Below are positions 13,563 to 26,062 of a stretch of DNA of 32,000 nt, one piece after another. The notes under the pieces are model-generated. The model saw only the letters and a program-made list of their open reading frames with translations, did not search any database and had not been told where the DNA came from. Within the stretch, counting starts at the first letter, position 1; every line of letters begins with the position of its first letter. The position numbers and the translations under genes were made by a program. This DNA comes from Eubacterium sp. GTDB taxonomy: Bacteria > Bacillota > Clostridia > Lachnospirales > Lachnospiraceae. The stretch is from positions 1-32,000 of the forward strand of contig JAFRHL010000015.1 in the NCBI GenBank assembly GCA_017433295.1. Direction: 5' to 3'.

Positions 13563-15680
13563 TTACATGTCATGATCCCCAAGGACCTTATCCTGAACGT
13601 TCTTCGGAACCTTCTCATAGTGGTCAAAGAACATGGAGTAGTTACCGCGGCCCTGGGTTCTGGAACGAAGGTCTGTGGAATAGCCGAACATCTCGGACAG
13701 GGGCACATACCCGTGAACCACACGTCCGCCGCCTACATCATCCATTCCCTCGATACGTCCGCGACGAGAATTGATATCCCCGATCACGTCTCCCATGTAC
13801 TCTTCCGGCATGGTCACATCCACCTTCATGATAGGCTCAAGAAGAACGGGATCTGCTTTTCTCATGGCATCCTTAAAGGCCAGAGATCCGGCTACCTTGA
13901 AGGCCATCTCTGAAGAGTCGACTTCATGGTAGGATCCGTCATATACAGTGGCATGGACGCCCACCACAGGGAATCCGCCCAGGATTCCAGCCTTGGCAGC
14001 GTCTTCTATACCTGCGCCTACTGCCGGGATATATTCCTTCGGAATAGCGCCGCCCACAACCTCGGAGTCGAACTTGAAGGTTTCTTCGGCATTGGCATCC
14101 ATGGGCTCAAAGCGCACCTTACAGTGGCCGTACTGACCACGTCCGCCGGACTGCTTGGCATACTTGGAATCCACATCCACCGATTTGGTAAAGGATTCCT
14201 TGTAAGCAACCTGGGGAGCACCTACATTGGCCTCCACCTTGAACTCACGCAGGAGACGGTCAACGATGATCTCCAGATGAAGCTCGCCCATACCGGCGAT
14301 GATGGTCTGGCCTGTTTCCTTGTTTGTATGAGCCTTAAATGTGGGATCCTCTTCCGCCAGCTTGGCGAGAGCTTCACCCATCTTGCCCTGACCGGCTTTG
14401 GTTTTGGGCTCAATGGCCAGCTCAATAACCGGCTCCGGGAATTCCATGGACTCAAGGATCACCGGATGGCTTTCATCACAGATGGTATCGCCTGTGGCGG
14501 TAAACTTAAAGCCAACTGCGGCGGCGATATCTCCGGCGTACACCTTATCCAGCTCTGAACGCTTATTGGCATGCATCTGAAGGATACGTCCCACACGTTC
14601 TTTTTTATCTTTTGTAGCATTTAAAATGTAGGAACCGGAATTCATGGTTCCGGAATAAACACGGAAGAATGCCAGCTTTCCTACGAAAGGATCTGTCATG
14701 ATCTTAAAGGCGAGGGCAGCGAAGGGCTCGTCATCCGAGGATTTAACGGTAATCTCATTGCCGTCAAGATCCGTACCCTTGATGTCCTCAACATCTGTCG
14801 GAGCCGGCAGATACTCGATAATGGCATCGAGAAGCTTCTGAACACCCTTATTTCTGTAAGCTGTACCGCAGCAGACGGGAACCATGGTGCAATCACAGGT
14901 ACCGCGGCGCAGGACTGCCTTCAGCTCATCCACACCGGGTTCCTCCCCTTCAAGGTAGGCCATCATCAGGTCATCATCCGCTTCGCAGATCTTCTCTACC
15001 ATTTCTGTATGATACAGCTCCGCATCCTCTGCCATATCCTCGGGAATGTCCACCACAGAGATATCCTGGCCCTTTTCATCATTATATATATAGGCCTTCA
15101 TCTCCATCAGATCGATGATTCCCTTAAAGTCATCTTCTTTACCGATGGGCAGCTGAATGGGAATTGCATTCTTTCCTAATCTTGTCTTAATCTGTTCTAC
15201 AGCGCCATAGAAATCCGCGCCCATGATATCCATCTTATTGATGAATGCCATACGGGGTACATTATAGGTGTCAGCCTGACGCCATACATTTTCAGACTGG
15301 GGCTCAACACCGCCCTTTGCACAGAAAACACCTACCGCGCTGTCCAATACACGAAGGGATCTTTCTACTTCTACAGTAAAGTCAACGTGTCCTGGAGTAT
15401 CAATGATATTGATACGATGCTCTAAAGCACCGGGCTTTGGAGCGCAGTTTTCCTCCAAAGTCCAGTGACAGGTTGTAGCTGCGGAAGTAATTGTGATACC
15501 TCTTTCCTGCTCCTGTTCCATCCAGTCCATGGTAGCAGAACCTTCGTGAGTTTCACCAAGCTTGTAGTTTACACCAGTATAATACAAGATACGCTCTGTC
15601 AATGTTGTCTTTCCGGCATCAATGTGAGCCATAATACCGATATTCCTGGTTCTCTCAAGTGGATATTCTCTTCCAGCCAA
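13563..15680 (-). CDS. fusA: Elongation factor G
   Basis: 705 aa, with [24 protein letters not shown] near the N-terminus. Confidence 0.99.
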   Translation of the reverse strand: MAGREYPLERTRNIGIMAHIDAGKTTLTERILYYTGVNYKLGETHEGSATMDWMEQEQERGITITSAATTCHWTLEENCAPKPGALEHRINIIDTPGHVDFTVEVERSLRVLDSAVGVFCAKGGVEPQSENVWRQADTYNVPRMAFINKMDIMGADFYGAVEQIKTRLGKNAIPIQLPIGKEDDFKGIIDLMEMKAYIYNDEKGQDISVVDIPEDMAEDAELYHTEMVEKICEADDDLMMAYLEGEEPGVDELKAVLRRGTCDCTMVPVCCGTAYRNKGVQKLLDAIIEYLPAPTDVEDIKGTDLDGNEITVKSSDDEPFAALAFKIMTDPFVGKLAFFRVYSGTMNSGSYILNATKDKKERVGRILQMHANKRSELDKVYAGDIAAAVGFKFTATGDTICDESHPVILESMEFPEPVIELAIEPKTKAGQGKMGEALAKLAEEDPTFKAHTNKETGQTIIAGMGELHLEIIVDRLLREFKVEANVGAPQVAYKESFTKSVDVDSKYAKQSGGRGQYGHCKVRFEPMDANAEETFKFDSEVVGGAIPKEYIPAVGAGIEDAAKAGILGGFPVVGVHATVYDGSYHEVDSSEMAFKVAGSLAFKDAMRKADPVLLEPIMKVDVTMPEEYMGDVIGDINSRRGRIEGMDDVGGGRVVHGYVPLSEMFGYSTDLRSRTQGRGNYSMFFDHYEKVPKNVQDKVLGDHDM

Positions 15681-15722
15681 GGTTTTTCCTCCTAAAATCA
15701 GCTATAAATCCACACACAAAGA

Positions 15723-16193
15723 TCAGAATCTGTAGTGAGCAAACGCCTTGTTTGCCTCTGCCATCTTGTGCATGTCTTCTTTTCTCTTTACGGATGAGCC
15801 GGTGTTATTGGCAGCATCCATGATCTCTTTTGCGAGACGCTCTTCCATGGTCCTCTCTCCACGCTTACGGGAGAAGAAGGTCAGCCAGCGGAGAGCCAGT
15901 GTCTGACGCCTCTCGGGTCTTACATCGATCGGCACCTGATAGGTAGCACCACCGATACGTCTTGATTTTACTTCCAGGGCAGGCATAATGTTGTTCATGG
16001 CATCTGTGAAAACTTCCAGAGCATCCTTGCCTGTGTCATTGGCAACACGCTCAAATGCGGCATAAACGATCTTCTGCGCAACACCCTTCTTACCATCTAA
16101 CATAATGTTATTGATAAGCTTTGTTACCACTTTGTTATTATAAATAGGATCTGGTAAAACATCCCTTTTTGCGATATGTCCTTTACGTGGCAC
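15723..16193 (-). CDS. rpsG: 30S ribosomal protein S7
   Basis: 156 aa, [21 protein letters not shown].. Confidence 0.98.
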   Translation of the reverse strand: MPRKGHIAKRDVLPDPIYNNKVVTKLINNIMLDGKKGVAQKIVYAAFERVANDTGKDALEVFTDAMNNIMPALEVKSRRIGGATYQVPIDVRPERRQTLALRWLTFFSRKRGERTMEERLAKEIMDAANNTGSSVKRKEDMHKMAEANKAFAHYRF

Positions 16194-16356
16194 GGTTCTT
16201 CCCTCCTTAATTACGATTCTCCCGGCAAAAGCCGGAAATTAAATCATCGGTACTCACGGAAAATATCATTTCCCTTGTTCATGCTCGGACTGCGAATCTA
16301 TATTTAACCTGCAACCAACAGAGAAAATATTGCTATTCCGGCATCTTATCTATTTA

Positions 16357-16770
16357 TTATTTTTTCGGTCTCTTTGCGCCATACTTGGAGCGGGCCTGAC
16401 GTCTGTTGGCAACACCGGCTGTATCCAGTGTACCTCTGACGATATGATATCTTGTACCTGGCAGGTCCTTTACCCTTCCGCCACGGATCAGGACAACACT
16501 ATGTTCCTGAAGGTTATGTCCCTCACCGGGGATATAACTTGTTACTTCGATACCGTTGGAAAGACGAACTCTGGCGATCTTACGAAGAGCGGAATTCGGC
16601 TTCTTCGGAGTAGCTGTCTTAACGGCGGTACATACACCACGCTTCTGTGGTGAGCTGGCATCTGTGGATCTCTTTCTTAAGGAGTTAAATCCTTTCTGAA
16701 GAGCAGGTGCTGTTGATTTCTTTGCTACAGACTGTCTTCCTTTTCTTACTAACTGATTGAAAGTCGGCAT
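16357..16770 (-). CDS. rpsL: 30S ribosomal protein S12
   Basis: 137 aa, with ..[11 protein letters not shown].. and ..[18 protein letters not shown].. Confidence 0.98.
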   Translation of the reverse strand: MPTFNQLVRKGRQSVAKKSTAPALQKGFNSLRKRSTDASSPQKRGVCTAVKTATPKKPNSALRKIARVRLSNGIEVTSYIPGEGHNLQEHSVVLIRGGRVKDLPGTRYHIVRGTLDTAGVANRRQARSKYGAKRPKK

Positions 16771-16898
16771 TGTAGAAATTCACCTCCATGCATATTTTCT
16801 GTTGTGGTTGCTTATAGTGTCTTCGAGTTGCGATCAGGATCAATCATACTGATTATATCCTACCATGGGCATAGTTATACACCCACAGACAATAAGTG

Positions 16899-16927
16899 AT
16901 TATATATGTTTTTCATTTCTTTGTCAA
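16899..16927 (-). promoter_or_regulatory. Sigma-A promoter for rpsL-rpsG-fusA (TTGACA-17-TATAAT)
   Basis: -35 at 16922-16927 and -10 at 16899-16904 on the minus strand. Both hexamers match the consensus perfectly. Confidence 0.75.
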
Positions 16928-16928
16928 G

Positions 16929-16980
16929 AAAAAAATCCTGGAACAGGAAACGGCGCCGCACTACTGCGACACCGTTCCTG
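16929..16980 (-). terminator. Terminator/attenuator after rpoC
   Basis: An imperfect long hairpin (16944-16980) and a CCTG-TTC-CAGG mini-hairpin are followed by T7 on the minus strand (A7 at 16929-16935). Confidence 0.6.
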
Positions 16981-17016
16981 ATATACCATATTAATGGTCA
17001 TTTATATTTGTACTGT

Positions 17017-20000
17017 TTACTCAACCGGTACTGCGGCCTCTTCGGTCACCACTGTCTCCTGTTCGTCATCAGCGTATCCTGCTTCATAATCATATTCATC
17101 CACAGGCTCTGTTTCTGTCACTTCCGGAATCTCGGTGTCCAAATGAAGGTTGCGATATTTCTTCAGTCCGGTTCCCGCAGGGATCAGCTTTCCTAAAAGA
17201 ACATTCTCTTTCAGTCCGATCAGTGGATCTATCTTGCCTTTGATGGCCGCATCGGTAAGGACCTTGGTGGTCTCCTGGAAGGAGGCGGCGGACAGGAAGG
17301 AGTTGGTGGCCAGAGATGCCTTGGTAATACCCAGCAGAGTCTGCTCGGCGGTGGCCAGCTCTTTTCCTTCAGCGGCAAGCTTCTTGTTCATAGTTTCAAG
17401 ATCCAGGTTGTCGATCAGGGCTCCGGGCAGATAATCACTGTCTCCGGGCTCGTCAATCCGCATCTTCTTAAGCATCTGGCGGACGATGATCTCAATGTGC
17501 TTGTCATTGATATCAACACCCTGGAGGCGGTAAACCCTCTGAACCTCCCGCATCATGTAATCCTGAACGGCGCGAACGCCTTTGATAGCCAGAATGTCAT
17601 GGGGATTCACGGAACCTTCCGTCAGTTCATCACCGGCTTCAAGGATCGCCCCATCCATTACCTTGATTCTGGCTCCATAGGGGATCACATAATTCTTAGC
17701 CTCTCCGGTTTCGTTATTAGTCACGGTAATCTCACGCTTTTCTTTCGTTTCCTTAACATCAGCGCGTCCCGCAATCTCTGTGATGATAGCGAGTCCCTTG
17801 GGCTTACGGGCTTCGAAAAGCTCCTCTACACGGGGAAGACCCTGGGTGATATCATCACCGGCAACTCCGCCGGCATGGAAGGTACGCATGGTAAGCTGTG
17901 TACCGGGCTCACCGATGGACTGGGCGGCAATAATACCCACAGCCTCACCCACCTGCACGGCCTGACCGGTGGCCAGGTTGGCTCCGTAACATTTGGAGCA
18001 TGCGCCATTCTGACACTTACAGGTCAGCATGGTACGAATCCTGATCCTTTTATGGTCTGCCCCCACAACCTGGGCAGCACGCTTTGGTGTGATCATACAG
18101 TTGGCGGAAACAATCAGGCTGCCTTCTTTATCATACAGGTCATCGGCTGCCACGCGGCCGGTGATACGCTCCTCCAGTGACTCGATGGTCTCCCGGCCGT
18201 CCATGAGGGCTTCTACATACATACCCGGAATCTCCTCATCAGGACTACAGCAGTCATTTTCCCGGATGATCAGCTCCTGGGAAACGTCGACAAGACGTCT
18301 GGTCAGGTATCCTGAATCGGCGGTACGCAGGGCTGTGTCGGACAGTCCCTTTCTGGCGCCGTGGGCTGAAATAAAGTACTCCAGTACGTCAAGTCCTTCA
18401 CGGAAGTTGGACTTGATGGGCAGCTCGATGGTACGTCCTGATGTATCAGCCATCAGTCCGCGCATACCCGCCAACTGTTTGATCTGCTGGTTGGAACCAC
18501 GGGCTCCGGAATCGGCCATCATGAAAATGTTATTATATTTATCCAGTCCGCTGATCAGTTTCTCGGTCAGCTTATTATCGGCATCAAACCAGGTCTGTAC
18601 CACAGCCTTGTAACGCTCTTCGTCGGTCTGGAAACCGCGGCGGTACTGTTTTGTTACATACTCCACCTGCTTCTGGGCCTCTGCCAGGATCTGCGGTTTC
18701 TCCGGCGGCACTGTCATATCGGAAATTGATACACTTAATGCCCCGATGGTGGAGTATTTATATCCAAGGGCCTTGACGTCGTCCAGCACCTCCGCTGTCT
18801 GGGTAGTGCCCCGGACGCTGATGCACCTGTCAAGGATCTTCTTAAGCTGTTTCTTACCACACTGGAAATCGATCTCCAGCTTTAATTCTTCCTCTGGGTT
18901 GGAACGGTCCACAAAGCCCAGGTCCTGGGGAATGATCTCGTTAAAGAGGATCCGGCCCAGAGTACAGTCGATCATACCGCTTGCTACTGTACCATCCGGT
19001 CTGGTTCTCTTTCTCCTGACCTTAATCTTGGAATGGAGAGTGATTACTTTATTCTCATAGGCCAGGTAGGCTTCATTCTCTGATTTGAAGCATTTGCCTT
19101 CACCCTTCTCGCCATCCTTCTCCATGGTCAGGTAATAGACACCGAGGACCATATCCTGGGAAGGCACTGCCACCGGCGCTCCGTCAGAAGGCTTGAGCAG
19201 GTTGTTGGGTGAGAGCAGAAGGAAACGGCACTCTGCCTGGGCCTCCACGGACAGGGGCAGATGGACAGCCATCTGGTCACCGTCAAAGTCCGCATTGAAG
19301 GCGGTACATACCAGAGGATGGAGCTTGATGGCCCTTCCTCCAACCAGCACAGGCTCAAAGGCCTGGATACCCAGACGGTGGAGGGTGGGAGCCCGGTTAA
19401 GCATAACCGGATGTTCCTTGATGACATCCTCCAGCACATCCCATACCACCGGCTGCAGCTTTTCAACCATTTTCTTGGCAGACTTGATGTTATGGGCCAG
19501 ACCCTTTGCTTCCAGCTCCTTCATGACAAAGGGCTTGAAAAGCTCGATGGCCATTTCCTTGGGAAGTCCGCACTGGTATATCTTTAACTCGGGTCCTACT
19601 ACGATAACGGAACGTCCGGAATAGTCCACACGTTTGCCGAGAAGGTTCTGACGGAATCGTCCCTGTTTACCCTTGAGCATATCTGACAGGGATTTCAGCG
19701 CCCGGTTGCCGGGGCCGGTTACTGCCCTTCCCCTTCTTCCGTTATCGATCAGGGCATCCACCGCCTCCTGGAGCATACGTTTCTCGTTGCGGATAATGAT
19801 ATCCGGCGCTCCCAGTTCAAGGAGTCTTTTCAGACGGTTGTTGCGGTTGATGATCCTTCTGTATAAATCATTGAGGTCGGAGGTGGCGAAACGTCCTCCG
19901 TCCAGCTGTACCATGGGCCTGATGTCCGGAGGGATTACCGGCACAACGTCGAGTACCATCCATTCCGGACGGTTGCCGGAAAGACGAAAAGCCTCGATCA

Positions 20001-20676
20001 CTTCAAGCCGTTTGATATTTCTTGCCTTTTTCTGGCCGCTGGCGTTCTTCAGGCTCTTTTTGAGTTCCTGGGACTCGGCCTCAAGATCGATCTTTTCCAG
20101 CAGTGCCTTTACTGCCTCAGCGCCCATGCCGACTTTGAAGGTGCCCAGGCCTTCATCGGCATTCCGGAACTCTTCGCAAACCCGGCGGTATTCCGCATCG
20201 GAAAGGATATCCTTCTCATGAAGATTGGTGTTGCCGGGATCCAGCACAACATAGGAAGCAAAATACAGTACTTTTTCCAGTGCCTTGGGTGACATATCCA
20301 GGGCCAGGCCCATCCGGCTGGGAATCCCCTTAAAGTACCAGATATGGGAAACGGGAGCCGCCAGCTCTATATGTCCCATACGCTCGCGGCGCACACTGGC
20401 CTTTGTCACTTCAACACCACATTTATCACAGATAACGCCTTTATAGCGTACTTTTTTATACTTGCCGCAATGGCACTCCCAGTCTTTGCTGGGCCCGAAG
20501 ATCTTTTCGCAGAAAAGACCGTCTTTTTCCGGCTTCAGAGTACGATAATTAATGGTCTCCGGTTTTTTCACCTCACCGCGGGACCACTTACGAATCATTT
20601 CCGAAGAAGCAAGTCCGATCTTGATGGCGTCAAAGTTCATAGGCTGTTCGACTGTTTGATTATTCATTTCAGACAT
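17017..20676 (-). CDS. rpoC: DNA-directed RNA polymerase subunit beta'
   Basis: 1219 aa, with the catalytic NADFDGDQM motif and zinc-binding [16 protein letters not shown]. Confidence 0.99.
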   Translation of the reverse strand: MSEMNNQTVEQPMNFDAIKIGLASSEMIRKWSRGEVKKPETINYRTLKPEKDGLFCEKIFGPSKDWECHCGKYKKVRYKGVICDKCGVEVTKASVRRERMGHIELAAPVSHIWYFKGIPSRMGLALDMSPKALEKVLYFASYVVLDPGNTNLHEKDILSDAEYRRVCEEFRNADEGLGTFKVGMGAEAVKALLEKIDLEAESQELKKSLKNASGQKKARNIKRLEVIEAFRLSGNRPEWMVLDVVPVIPPDIRPMVQLDGGRFATSDLNDLYRRIINRNNRLKRLLELGAPDIIIRNEKRMLQEAVDALIDNGRRGRAVTGPGNRALKSLSDMLKGKQGRFRQNLLGKRVDYSGRSVIVVGPELKIYQCGLPKEMAIELFKPFVMKELEAKGLAHNIKSAKKMVEKLQPVVWDVLEDVIKEHPVMLNRAPTLHRLGIQAFEPVLVGGRAIKLHPLVCTAFNADFDGDQMAVHLPLSVEAQAECRFLLLSPNNLLKPSDGAPVAVPSQDMVLGVYYLTMEKDGEKGEGKCFKSENEAYLAYENKVITLHSKIKVRRKRTRPDGTVASGMIDCTLGRILFNEIIPQDLGFVDRSNPEEELKLEIDFQCGKKQLKKILDRCISVRGTTQTAEVLDDVKALGYKYSTIGALSVSISDMTVPPEKPQILAEAQKQVEYVTKQYRRGFQTDEERYKAVVQTWFDADNKLTEKLISGLDKYNNIFMMADSGARGSNQQIKQLAGMRGLMADTSGRTIELPIKSNFREGLDVLEYFISAHGARKGLSDTALRTADSGYLTRRLVDVSQELIIRENDCCSPDEEIPGMYVEALMDGRETIESLEERITGRVAADDLYDKEGSLIVSANCMITPKRAAQVVGADHKRIRIRTMLTCKCQNGACSKCYGANLATGQAVQVGEAVGIIAAQSIGEPGTQLTMRTFHAGGVAGDDITQGLPRVEELFEARKPKGLAIITEIAGRADVKETKEKREITVTNNETGEAKNYVIPYGARIKVMDGAILEAGDELTEGSVNPHDILAIKGVRAVQDYMMREVQRVYRLQGVDINDKHIEIIVRQMLKKMRIDEPGDSDYLPGALIDNLDLETMNKKLAAEGKELATAEQTLLGITKASLATNSFLSAASFQETTKVLTDAAIKGKIDPLIGLKENVLLGKLIPAGTGLKKYRNLHLDTEIPEVTETEPVDEYDYEAGYADDEQETVVTEEAAVPVE

Positions 20677-20697
20677 ATATTACTCCTTCCATAACTC

Positions 20698-23600
20698 TTA
20701 GTACTCATCATCAGAATCCATCATCATAGAATCTGCCAGTCCGGCATCCAGGGTATCCTGCTCACCGGTTTCTTCTTCCAGAGAACGATCCTGATAACCA
20801 TACTCACCAAAATCCTCTTCCTGGTCCACACGGTTATCTCCCGGGCTGGACTCAATAATAGAAGTAAGAGAACGATTGATGACCTCGCCGCCTTCCTGGA
20901 TCTCCACCTCTGTCATGTCCTCCTTGAGAACCCTGACATCAAGGGCCAGTGACTGGAACTCTTTTAAAAGTACTTTAAAGGACTCGGGAATTCCGGGCTC
21001 CGGAATGTTCTCGCCTTTAATAATGGCCTCATAGGTCTTTACACGCCCTACAACATCGTCGGATTTCACCGTCAGGATCTCCTGCAGAGTATAGGAAGCG
21101 CCATAGGCCTCCAGGGCCCATACCTCCATCTCACCGAAACGCTGTCCGCCAAACTGGGCTTTGCCGCCCAGAGGCTGCTGGGTAACCATACCATAAGGTC
21201 CGGTGGAACGGGCGTGGATCTTATCATCGACCAGATGATGCAGCTTCAGGTAATGCATAAATCCGATGGCCACCGGTGAATCAAACTCTTCTCCGGTACG
21301 GCCGTCGCGAAGACGGACCTTTCCAGTCCTGTCAATGGGCACACCCTTCCACTCTTCTCTGTGGTCGCGGTTATCCCAGAGGAACTGCATGATCTCGTCA
21401 TTTACTTTATCTCCCCAGCTGGCCTCAAACTCTTCCCATGACTTGTTGGCATAGTCGTTGGCCATCTCCAGGGTATCCATGATGTCGTGCTCATTGGCAC
21501 CGTTAAATACAGGGGTCGCAATATTGAAGCCCAGCACCTTTGCCGCCAGGGAAAGATGCAGCTCCAGCACCTGCCCGATATTCATACGGGAAGGTACACC
21601 CAGAGGGTTCAGCACGATATCCAGCGGACGTCCGTTAGGAAGGAAAGGCATATCCTCCACAGGAAGAACGCGGGAAACAACACCCTTATTACCATGACGT
21701 CCGGCCATCTTATCACCCACGGAGATCTTACGCTTCTGGGCAATGTAAACACGGACGGATTTATTCACTGTCGGAGGCAGTTCGTCTCCGTTTTCTCTTG
21801 TAAACACCTTGGTATCCATGACAACGCCGTATGCGCCGTGGGGCACACGCAGGGATGTGTCACGTACTTCTCTGGCTTTCTCACCGAAAATGGCCCGCAG
21901 AAGTCTCTCCTCCGCTGTCAGCTCGGTCTCTCCCTTGGGAGTCACTTTTCCCACCAGGATATCTCCGGCATGAACTTCCGCGCCGATACGGATAATACCA
22001 TTTTCATCCAGGTCTTTTAATACATCTTCACTGAGGCCCGCAAGATCTCTGGTGATCTCTTCCTGACCCAGCTTGGTATCCCTGGCTTCTGCTTCGTATT
22101 CTTCAATATGGACAGAGGTATACACATCCTTCTGCACCAGCTTCTCACTTAAGAGGACCGCGTCCTCATAGTTATAGCCCTCCCAGGTCATGAATCCGAT
22201 CAGGGGGTTCTTGCCAAGGGCCATCTCGCCGCCGCAGGTGGAAGCGCCGTCGGCCAGGATATCTCCTTCCTCCACCCGGTCGCCCTTATTGACGATGGGC
22301 CTCTGGTTCATGCAGTTGCCCTGATTGCTTCGGGAGAACTTGATCACATGATAGGTATCCCTGATACCATCATCTCTCTTTACAATGATCTCCTTGCTGG
22401 TGGAATATTCCACAGTTCCCGCATGGTGAGCGATAATGCAGACACCGGAATCTCTGGCAGCCTTCGCTTCCATCCCTGTTCCTACTACGGGAACCTCTGT
22501 CTTAAGCAGAGGTACAGCCTGACGCTGCATGTTGGATCCCATCAGGGCACGGTTGGCATCATCGTTCTCCAGGAAGGGGATCATGGATGTGGCCACCGAG
22601 AATACCATCTTGGGAGAAACATCCATCAGGTCGATCCTGGACTTGGGGAACTCGGAAGTCTCATCTCTGTAACGTCCGGAAACGTTATTATGAATGAAAT
22701 GTCCTTCCTTATCTACAGGCTCATTGGCCTGGGCTACTGTATAGTTATCTTCTTCATCTGCTGTAAGATAAATAACCTCATCCGTTACCACGGGGTTATT
22801 CTTGTCTGTTTTATCGACTTTACGATAGGGGGCCTCCACAAAACCGTACTCATTAATACGGGCATAGGTGGCCAGGGAGTTGATCAGTCCGATGTTGGGA
22901 CCTTCAGGGGTCTCAATGGGACACATTCTTCCATAGTGAGAATAATGTACGTCGCGAACCTCAAATCCTGCCCGATCTCTGGACAGACCACCCGGTCCGA
23001 GGGCGGAAAGACGCCTCTTATGGGTAAGCTCCGACAGAGGATTATGCTGGTCCATAAACTGGGACAGCTGGGAGCTTCCGAAGAACTCCTTTACCGCGGC
23101 AGTAATCGGCTTGATATTGATCAGGGTCTGGGGAGAAATGTTCTCCAGATCCTGTGTGGTCATACGCTCCCTGACTACTCTTTCCATACGGGAAAGACCG
23201 ATCCGGTACTGGTTCTGCAGAAGTTCACCCACAGCACGGATCCTCCGGTTGCCGAGGTGGTCGATATCGTCATCATTGCCCAGGCCGTATTCCAGATGGA
23301 TATTATAATTAATGGAAGCAAGGATATCCTCTCTGGTAATGTGCTTGGGAATCAGATCATGGACACTGCGCCGGATCTCTTTCTTTATATCTTCAATATC
23401 ATCATATTGTTCTAAAATCGCTTCAAGGGATGGATAATATACTAATTCCGTAATGCCGACTTCCTTGGGATCCACATCCACAAAATTCCTGAGGTCCACC
23501 ATCATATTGGAAAGGACCTTGACTCCACGGCCCTCCACATCCATCAGGACATAGGGAACAGCAGCGTTCTGAATCTCGTCAGCCTGCTCTTTGGTCAGTC

Positions 23601-24537
23601 TGGTACCCGCTTCAAACAGGATCTCCCCGGTGGAGGGATCTACAACCTCCTCTGCCAGCTTATGACCGGCAACCCGGTTGCGGAACATCAGCTTCTTGTT
23701 AAATTTATACCGGCCCACCTTGGCAAGGTCATAACGCCTTGCATCAAAGAACATGCCGTTGATCAGGCTCTCGGCGCTGTCCACAGACAGAGGTTCTCCG
23801 GGACGGATCTTCTCGTAAAGCTTCTTTAAACCTTCCTGGTAATTGGTGGCAGTATCCTTCTCCAGAGTCTTAAGGATCTTAGGTTCTTCACCGAAAAGCT
23901 CCTTGATCTCGGCATTGGTTCCCACTCCCAGGGACCGGATCAGGACAGTGATGGGGACCTTTCTGGTACGGTCGACCCGGACATAAAAGACATCGTTGGA
24001 ATCGGTTTCATATTCAAGCCAGGCACCCCGGTTGGGAATTACGGTACACGAAAAAAGCCTCTTTCCCGTTTTATCATGGCTGATACCATAATAAATGCCG
24101 GGAGAGCGGACCAGCTGGCTGACAATGACACGTTCTGCCCCATTGATCACAAAAGTTCCGGTTTCAGTCATTAAAGGGAGGTCACCCATGAAAATATCTG
24201 TCTGCTTGTAGTCGTTGGTCTCCTTATTATGAAGCCGCACGACCACCTTCAGCGGAACAGCATATGTTGCGTCTCTTTCCTTACACTTCTCTATCGAATA
24301 TTTAGCCTTTTCCTGATAATAGTCTACAAATTCCAGGCTGAGCTGGCCACTGTAATCCGTAATAGGAGAAATATCCTCAAATACTTCCTTCAGTCCCTCA
24401 TTCACAAACCACTGGTAGGAATTCTTCTGGACTTCAATAAGATTCGGCATATCGAGGACATCCTTCTGTCTGGCGTAACTCATTCTGATATTCTTGCTTC
24501 CCGGAATCTGTACAGGACGCATTCTGTTCTTTTCCAT
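20698..24537 (-). CDS. rpoB: DNA-directed RNA polymerase subunit beta
   Basis: 1279 aa, with [34 protein letters not shown] (rifampicin cluster I). Confidence 0.99.
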   Translation of the reverse strand: MEKNRMRPVQIPGSKNIRMSYARQKDVLDMPNLIEVQKNSYQWFVNEGLKEVFEDISPITDYSGQLSLEFVDYYQEKAKYSIEKCKERDATYAVPLKVVVRLHNKETNDYKQTDIFMGDLPLMTETGTFVINGAERVIVSQLVRSPGIYYGISHDKTGKRLFSCTVIPNRGAWLEYETDSNDVFYVRVDRTRKVPITVLIRSLGVGTNAEIKELFGEEPKILKTLEKDTATNYQEGLKKLYEKIRPGEPLSVDSAESLINGMFFDARRYDLAKVGRYKFNKKLMFRNRVAGHKLAEEVVDPSTGEILFEAGTRLTKEQADEIQNAAVPYVLMDVEGRGVKVLSNMMVDLRNFVDVDPKEVGITELVYYPSLEAILEQYDDIEDIKKEIRRSVHDLIPKHITREDILASINYNIHLEYGLGNDDDIDHLGNRRIRAVGELLQNQYRIGLSRMERVVRERMTTQDLENISPQTLINIKPITAAVKEFFGSSQLSQFMDQHNPLSELTHKRRLSALGPGGLSRDRAGFEVRDVHYSHYGRMCPIETPEGPNIGLINSLATYARINEYGFVEAPYRKVDKTDKNNPVVTDEVIYLTADEEDNYTVAQANEPVDKEGHFIHNNVSGRYRDETSEFPKSRIDLMDVSPKMVFSVATSMIPFLENDDANRALMGSNMQRQAVPLLKTEVPVVGTGMEAKAARDSGVCIIAHHAGTVEYSTSKEIIVKRDDGIRDTYHVIKFSRSNQGNCMNQRPIVNKGDRVEEGDILADGASTCGGEMALGKNPLIGFMTWEGYNYEDAVLLSEKLVQKDVYTSVHIEEYEAEARDTKLGQEEITRDLAGLSEDVLKDLDENGIIRIGAEVHAGDILVGKVTPKGETELTAEERLLRAIFGEKAREVRDTSLRVPHGAYGVVMDTKVFTRENGDELPPTVNKSVRVYIAQKRKISVGDKMAGRHGNKGVVSRVLPVEDMPFLPNGRPLDIVLNPLGVPSRMNIGQVLELHLSLAAKVLGFNIATPVFNGANEHDIMDTLEMANDYANKSWEEFEASWGDKVNDEIMQFLWDNRDHREEWKGVPIDRTGKVRLRDGRTGEEFDSPVAIGFMHYLKLHHLVDDKIHARSTGPYGMVTQQPLGGKAQFGGQRFGEMEVWALEAYGASYTLQEILTVKSDDVVGRVKTYEAIIKGENIPEPGIPESFKVLLKEFQSLALDVRVLKEDMTEVEIQEGGEVINRSLTSIIESSPGDNRVDQEEDFGEYGYQDRSLEEETGEQDTLDAGLADSMMMDSDDEY

Positions 24538-24725
24538 CGATGCATCACCCCTTGAATAATCGTTGTTAGGTCACTTAAGTTACCCATGGGCATAACCACC
24601 CATTATGAATCAGTTTACTATAATAACACAAGCAGAAAAGCATGTCAATCATTTATTTTTAAAAACCACAGTCAAATTCGGTTAACTCAATCGAAACCGA
24701 TGGAGCCAACGGGCTGAACTTATAT

Positions 24726-24772
24726 AAAAAAGGGCAGAAAAAGCCCGGAAAGCACAGGTGCTTTTCCGGGCT
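24726..24772 (-). terminator. Hairpin plus U-tract after rplL (partial terminator ahead of rpoB)
   Basis: 14/15-bp stem AGCCCGGAAA(A)GCAC / GTGCTTTCCGGGCT (24742-24772), followed on the minus strand by TTTTT. Confidence 0.75.
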
Positions 24773-24803
24773 GTGGTATTCGTAACAAACCTCTGGAGTG
24801 AGA

Positions 24804-25166
24804 TTATTTGATTGTAACCTTGGCTCCGACATCCTCAAACTGCTTCTTGAGAGCTTCTGCTTCTTCCTTGGAAACTGCTTCCTTAACAACCTTGGGAGCT
24901 CCGTCAACAACAGCTTTCGCTTCCTTAAGTCCAAGACCGGTGATCTCACGAACGACCTTGATAACCTTAACCTTCTGTCCGCCAACTTCTGTAAGCTCTA
25001 CGTCGAACTCTGTCTTTTCTTCAACTTCTTCTGCCGGGCCGGCTGCTGCTACAACAACACCTGCTGCTGCGGAAACACCAAACTCTTCTTCACAGGCTTT
25101 TACTAATTCATTTAACTCTAATACGGATAACCCTTTGATAACTTCAATAATTTCCTGAGTAGTCAT
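24804..25166 (-). CDS. rplL: 50S ribosomal protein L7/L12 (120 aa; start at the internal ATG of the 125-aa ORF)
   Basis: [35 protein letters not shown].. GGAGG lies 8 nt upstream of ATG 25166. Confidence 0.97.
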   Translation of the reverse strand: MTTQEIIEVIKGLSVLELNELVKACEEEFGVSAAAGVVVAAAGPAEEVEEKTEFDVELTEVGGQKVKVIKVVREITGLGLKEAKAVVDGAPKVVKEAVSKEEAEALKKQFEDVGAKVTIK

Positions 25167-25306
25167 TTTCATTTCCTCCATAATTATTATGATTAATACA
25201 TTTTGCGGGAAACCCTGTCGGATCTCCTGTCAGATCTGCCTGATAATTCAGGCGCTTCTCCTGTCGGATCTCTTCAGATCCCGGATAAATCGTGTTAAAT
25301 CCCTGA

Positions 25307-25813
25307 TTATTCTGCGGCTGCTTCCGGCTCCCCATCCTTCTCGGCGATCTGCTTGATCACGCGGGCAAAATTGGCGATCGGAGACTGGATGCTTCCGAGG
25401 AACTTGGCAAGAAGCTCTTCTCTTCCTGGGATCGTAGCGATCGTCTGGATGCCGGCTTCATCATAATATGTTCCTTCAACAACACCACTCTTTAACTTGC
25501 AGACTTTAGCCTTCTTGATGAAATTAGCAACGGTTCTTGCTGCCAGTGTTGCGTCATCCTTGGAAATAGCGAAAGCGTTGGTTCCTTCCAGATCTTTGAT
25601 CACGCCTTCGAACTCGGTTCCTTCTACAGCACGTTTTACCATGGTGTTCTTATAAACCTTATAAATCACACCGGCCTCACGGCACTGCTTACGAAGTTCT
25701 GTGACATCAGCCACAGAGATCCCGCGATAATCAACAACAACAAGTGACAAAGCGCCATCAAGCTGAGCCTTAATCTCGTCAACAATAGGTTGTTTTAATT
25801 CGACATTAGCCAT
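25307..25813 (-). CDS. rplJ: 50S ribosomal protein L10 (168 aa; start at the internal ATG of the 242-aa ORF)
   Basis: MANVELKQPIVDEIKAQLDGA.. with AGGAGG upstream. The upstream part of the track ORF is leader RNA. Confidence 0.96.
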   Translation of the reverse strand: MANVELKQPIVDEIKAQLDGALSLVVVDYRGISVADVTELRKQCREAGVIYKVYKNTMVKRAVEGTEFEGVIKDLEGTNAFAISKDDATLAARTVANFIKKAKVCKLKSGVVEGTYYDEAGIQTIATIPGREELLAKFLGSIQSPIANFARVIKQIAEKDGEPEAAAE

Positions 25814-26018
25814 CTTAAGGTGCACCTCCTGTATTATTTGTGTGTACCGCCAAAAAAACGCCCTGTGCCAAAAACACAGGGCGGAAATATTCAAAGAAAA
25901 GACTCTACTGCGAAAAAAATATCGTAGAATATCGCTCAGAATATCACATCCTCGGCAGGCGCTTATTGCATTATGCCGCGGTCTTTTGCCGCAGCACCTG
26001 CTGTCTTCGGCGTTCATA
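25814..26018 (-). promoter_or_regulatory. rplJ (L10) leader with a terminator-type attenuator
   Basis: The ~200-nt leader lies between the promoter and the rplJ RBS. CGCCCTGTG / CACAGGGCG hairpin (25859-25883) is followed on the minus strand by T7 (25852-25858), ~22 nt before the RBS. Confidence 0.7.
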
Positions 26019-26025
26019 CCGGGAT

Positions 26026-26054
26026 ATAATAGCATCGCCTGCCGGAAATGTCAA
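26026..26054 (-). promoter_or_regulatory. Sigma-A promoter for rplJL (TTGACA-17-TATTAT)
   Basis: -35 at 26049-26054 and -10 at 26026-26031 on the minus strand. Confidence 0.65.
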
Positions 26055-26062
26055 TACATTTT

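Noticed and set aside
22348-23415. 355-aa + strand ORF, together with other long + strand ORFs inside rpoB, rpoC, fusA and tuf (for example 17497-18180, 18029-18613, 13926-14558, 21487-22020)
   Set aside because: These are antisense shadow ORFs within highly conserved genes. They have low-complexity or odd composition, no RBS and no motifs.
20698-24537. Resistance-type substitutions in rpoB cluster I and in rpsL (K43/K88 equivalents)
   Set aside because: The key residues look wild-type: QFMDQ, THKRR and LSALG in RpoB, and TPKKPNSA and RVKDLPG in S12. The His in DQHNP is at a naturally variable position.
24659-24985. 108-aa minus-strand ORF overlapping the rplL 3' end and the rplL-rpoB spacer; likewise 25144-25335 and 26972-27181
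   Set aside because: They overlap bona fide ribosomal genes or terminator hairpins in other frames and have no independent support.
25814-26035. The N-terminal 74 aa of the 242-aa track ORF as part of L10
   Set aside because: L10 homology starts at MANVELK with its own RBS. The upstream part is Cys/Arg-rich nonsense that overlaps the promoter, the leader and the attenuator hairpin.
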